A DNA stretch of 64,000 nt from the NCBI GenBank assembly GCA_013265495.1, contig MU058444.1:1612001-1676000 (forward strand), read 5' to 3'. The notes beneath the pieces were generated by a model. The model saw only the letters and a list, made by a program, of their open reading frames with translations, had not been told where the DNA came from and made no database searches. How positions within the stretch are numbered: the first letter of the stretch is position 1; each line of letters opens with the position of its first letter. Of this stretch, positions 63,298 to 64,000 are shown piece by piece. This DNA comes from Vicugna vicugna (lineage: Eukaryota). Made by a program: the position numbers and the translations under genes.

Positions 63298-63488
63298 CTG
63301 GATCAGTCTCTGTATCATTAGTTATCAAACTTTACATCAGAACCCCATACAGAAGCCACTGAAAACACAGTTCCTGGGCTTCGGCTGCTGATTCTGATTT
63401 GTAAGGATAAGCCCAGGAAACTGAATTTTAATAAGCAATCTCTGGTGTTTCTCGCTACGGTTCTCTGGATCATAGTGTAGTAACAGTG

Positions 63489-63524
<36 letters not shown>

Positions 63525-63534
63525 ATATATATAT
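63489..63534. repeat. Compound (CT)n(CTAT)n(AT)n microsatellite
   Basis: ctctctctct...ctatctatct atatatat. Confidence 0.9.
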
Positions 63535-64000
63535 TTTTTTTCTATAAAGACTCTCTTGAGTCTTTAAATATATAGTCATCAAGAAGTGTCTGACTTCTGG
63601 TTTCCTACCAATTGAATTTTCAAATAATCCATTTTATGCCTCTCTGGTTAAACACGACCATAGATCACTTGCCCACCAATCTTTAAACCTTCATCAAAAT
63701 TCATAATATTCTGCCCTTCATGATTAACTTCACTTGTCTTCACGTGTCTTCACTTGTCTCGACCGGCTTTTCAGAGCCGTAATCCACCAAAGGGTTTCGA
63801 CGTATATACCTCTGCGCGGTATGCTCACTGAGTGGATTGCCTGTTTCCCTACCTGGGGAATAAATATTCCATCCAAAAACACCTGGGGCGATGCTGCACA
63901 CTCTGTGATTGCTTAACAAACGTTAGCACCTGACTACACATCTCAGTAAGACTCTGCAACAACTCTAAAGCTCCCTAGTGTGGTTTCAAGTCACTTTTAA

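Noticed and set aside
53782..64000. Searched for further upstream COL21A1 exons
   Set aside because: No Gly-X-Y exon with splice sites found; the region appears to be one long intron continuing past the window.

Overview
Mammalian genomic DNA, most likely camelid (six copies of a Vic-1-type tRNA-derived SINE). The window has two parts. (1) From ~34.5 to 53.8 kb on the minus strand are the last 13 coding exons of COL21A1 (FACIT collagen XXI). All have GT-AG boundaries and splice into one open frame of 1062 nt ending ...[22 protein letters not shown]. The rest of the gene lies beyond the right edge. (2) From 8.76 to 14.58 kb on the plus strand, in visibly GC-richer sequence, is an intron-containing (duplicated, not retrotransposed) pseudogene fragment of OGDH. 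Its five consecutive exons carry frameshifts and stops, so the ORF track shows only fragments of it. One of its introns holds a ~2.1-copy satellite-like repeat rich in TCTCGCGAGA-type motifs. The remainder is L1, SINE, LTR, DNA-transposon and simple-repeat sequence. I found no convincing new biological system. The best leads are the ectopic OGDH duplicate, the repeat inside it, an in-frame hydrophobic 87-nt COL21A1 intron, a doubly deleted L1 and a divergent CTCF pair. Gene and repeat identifications come from remembered sequences, not database searches.
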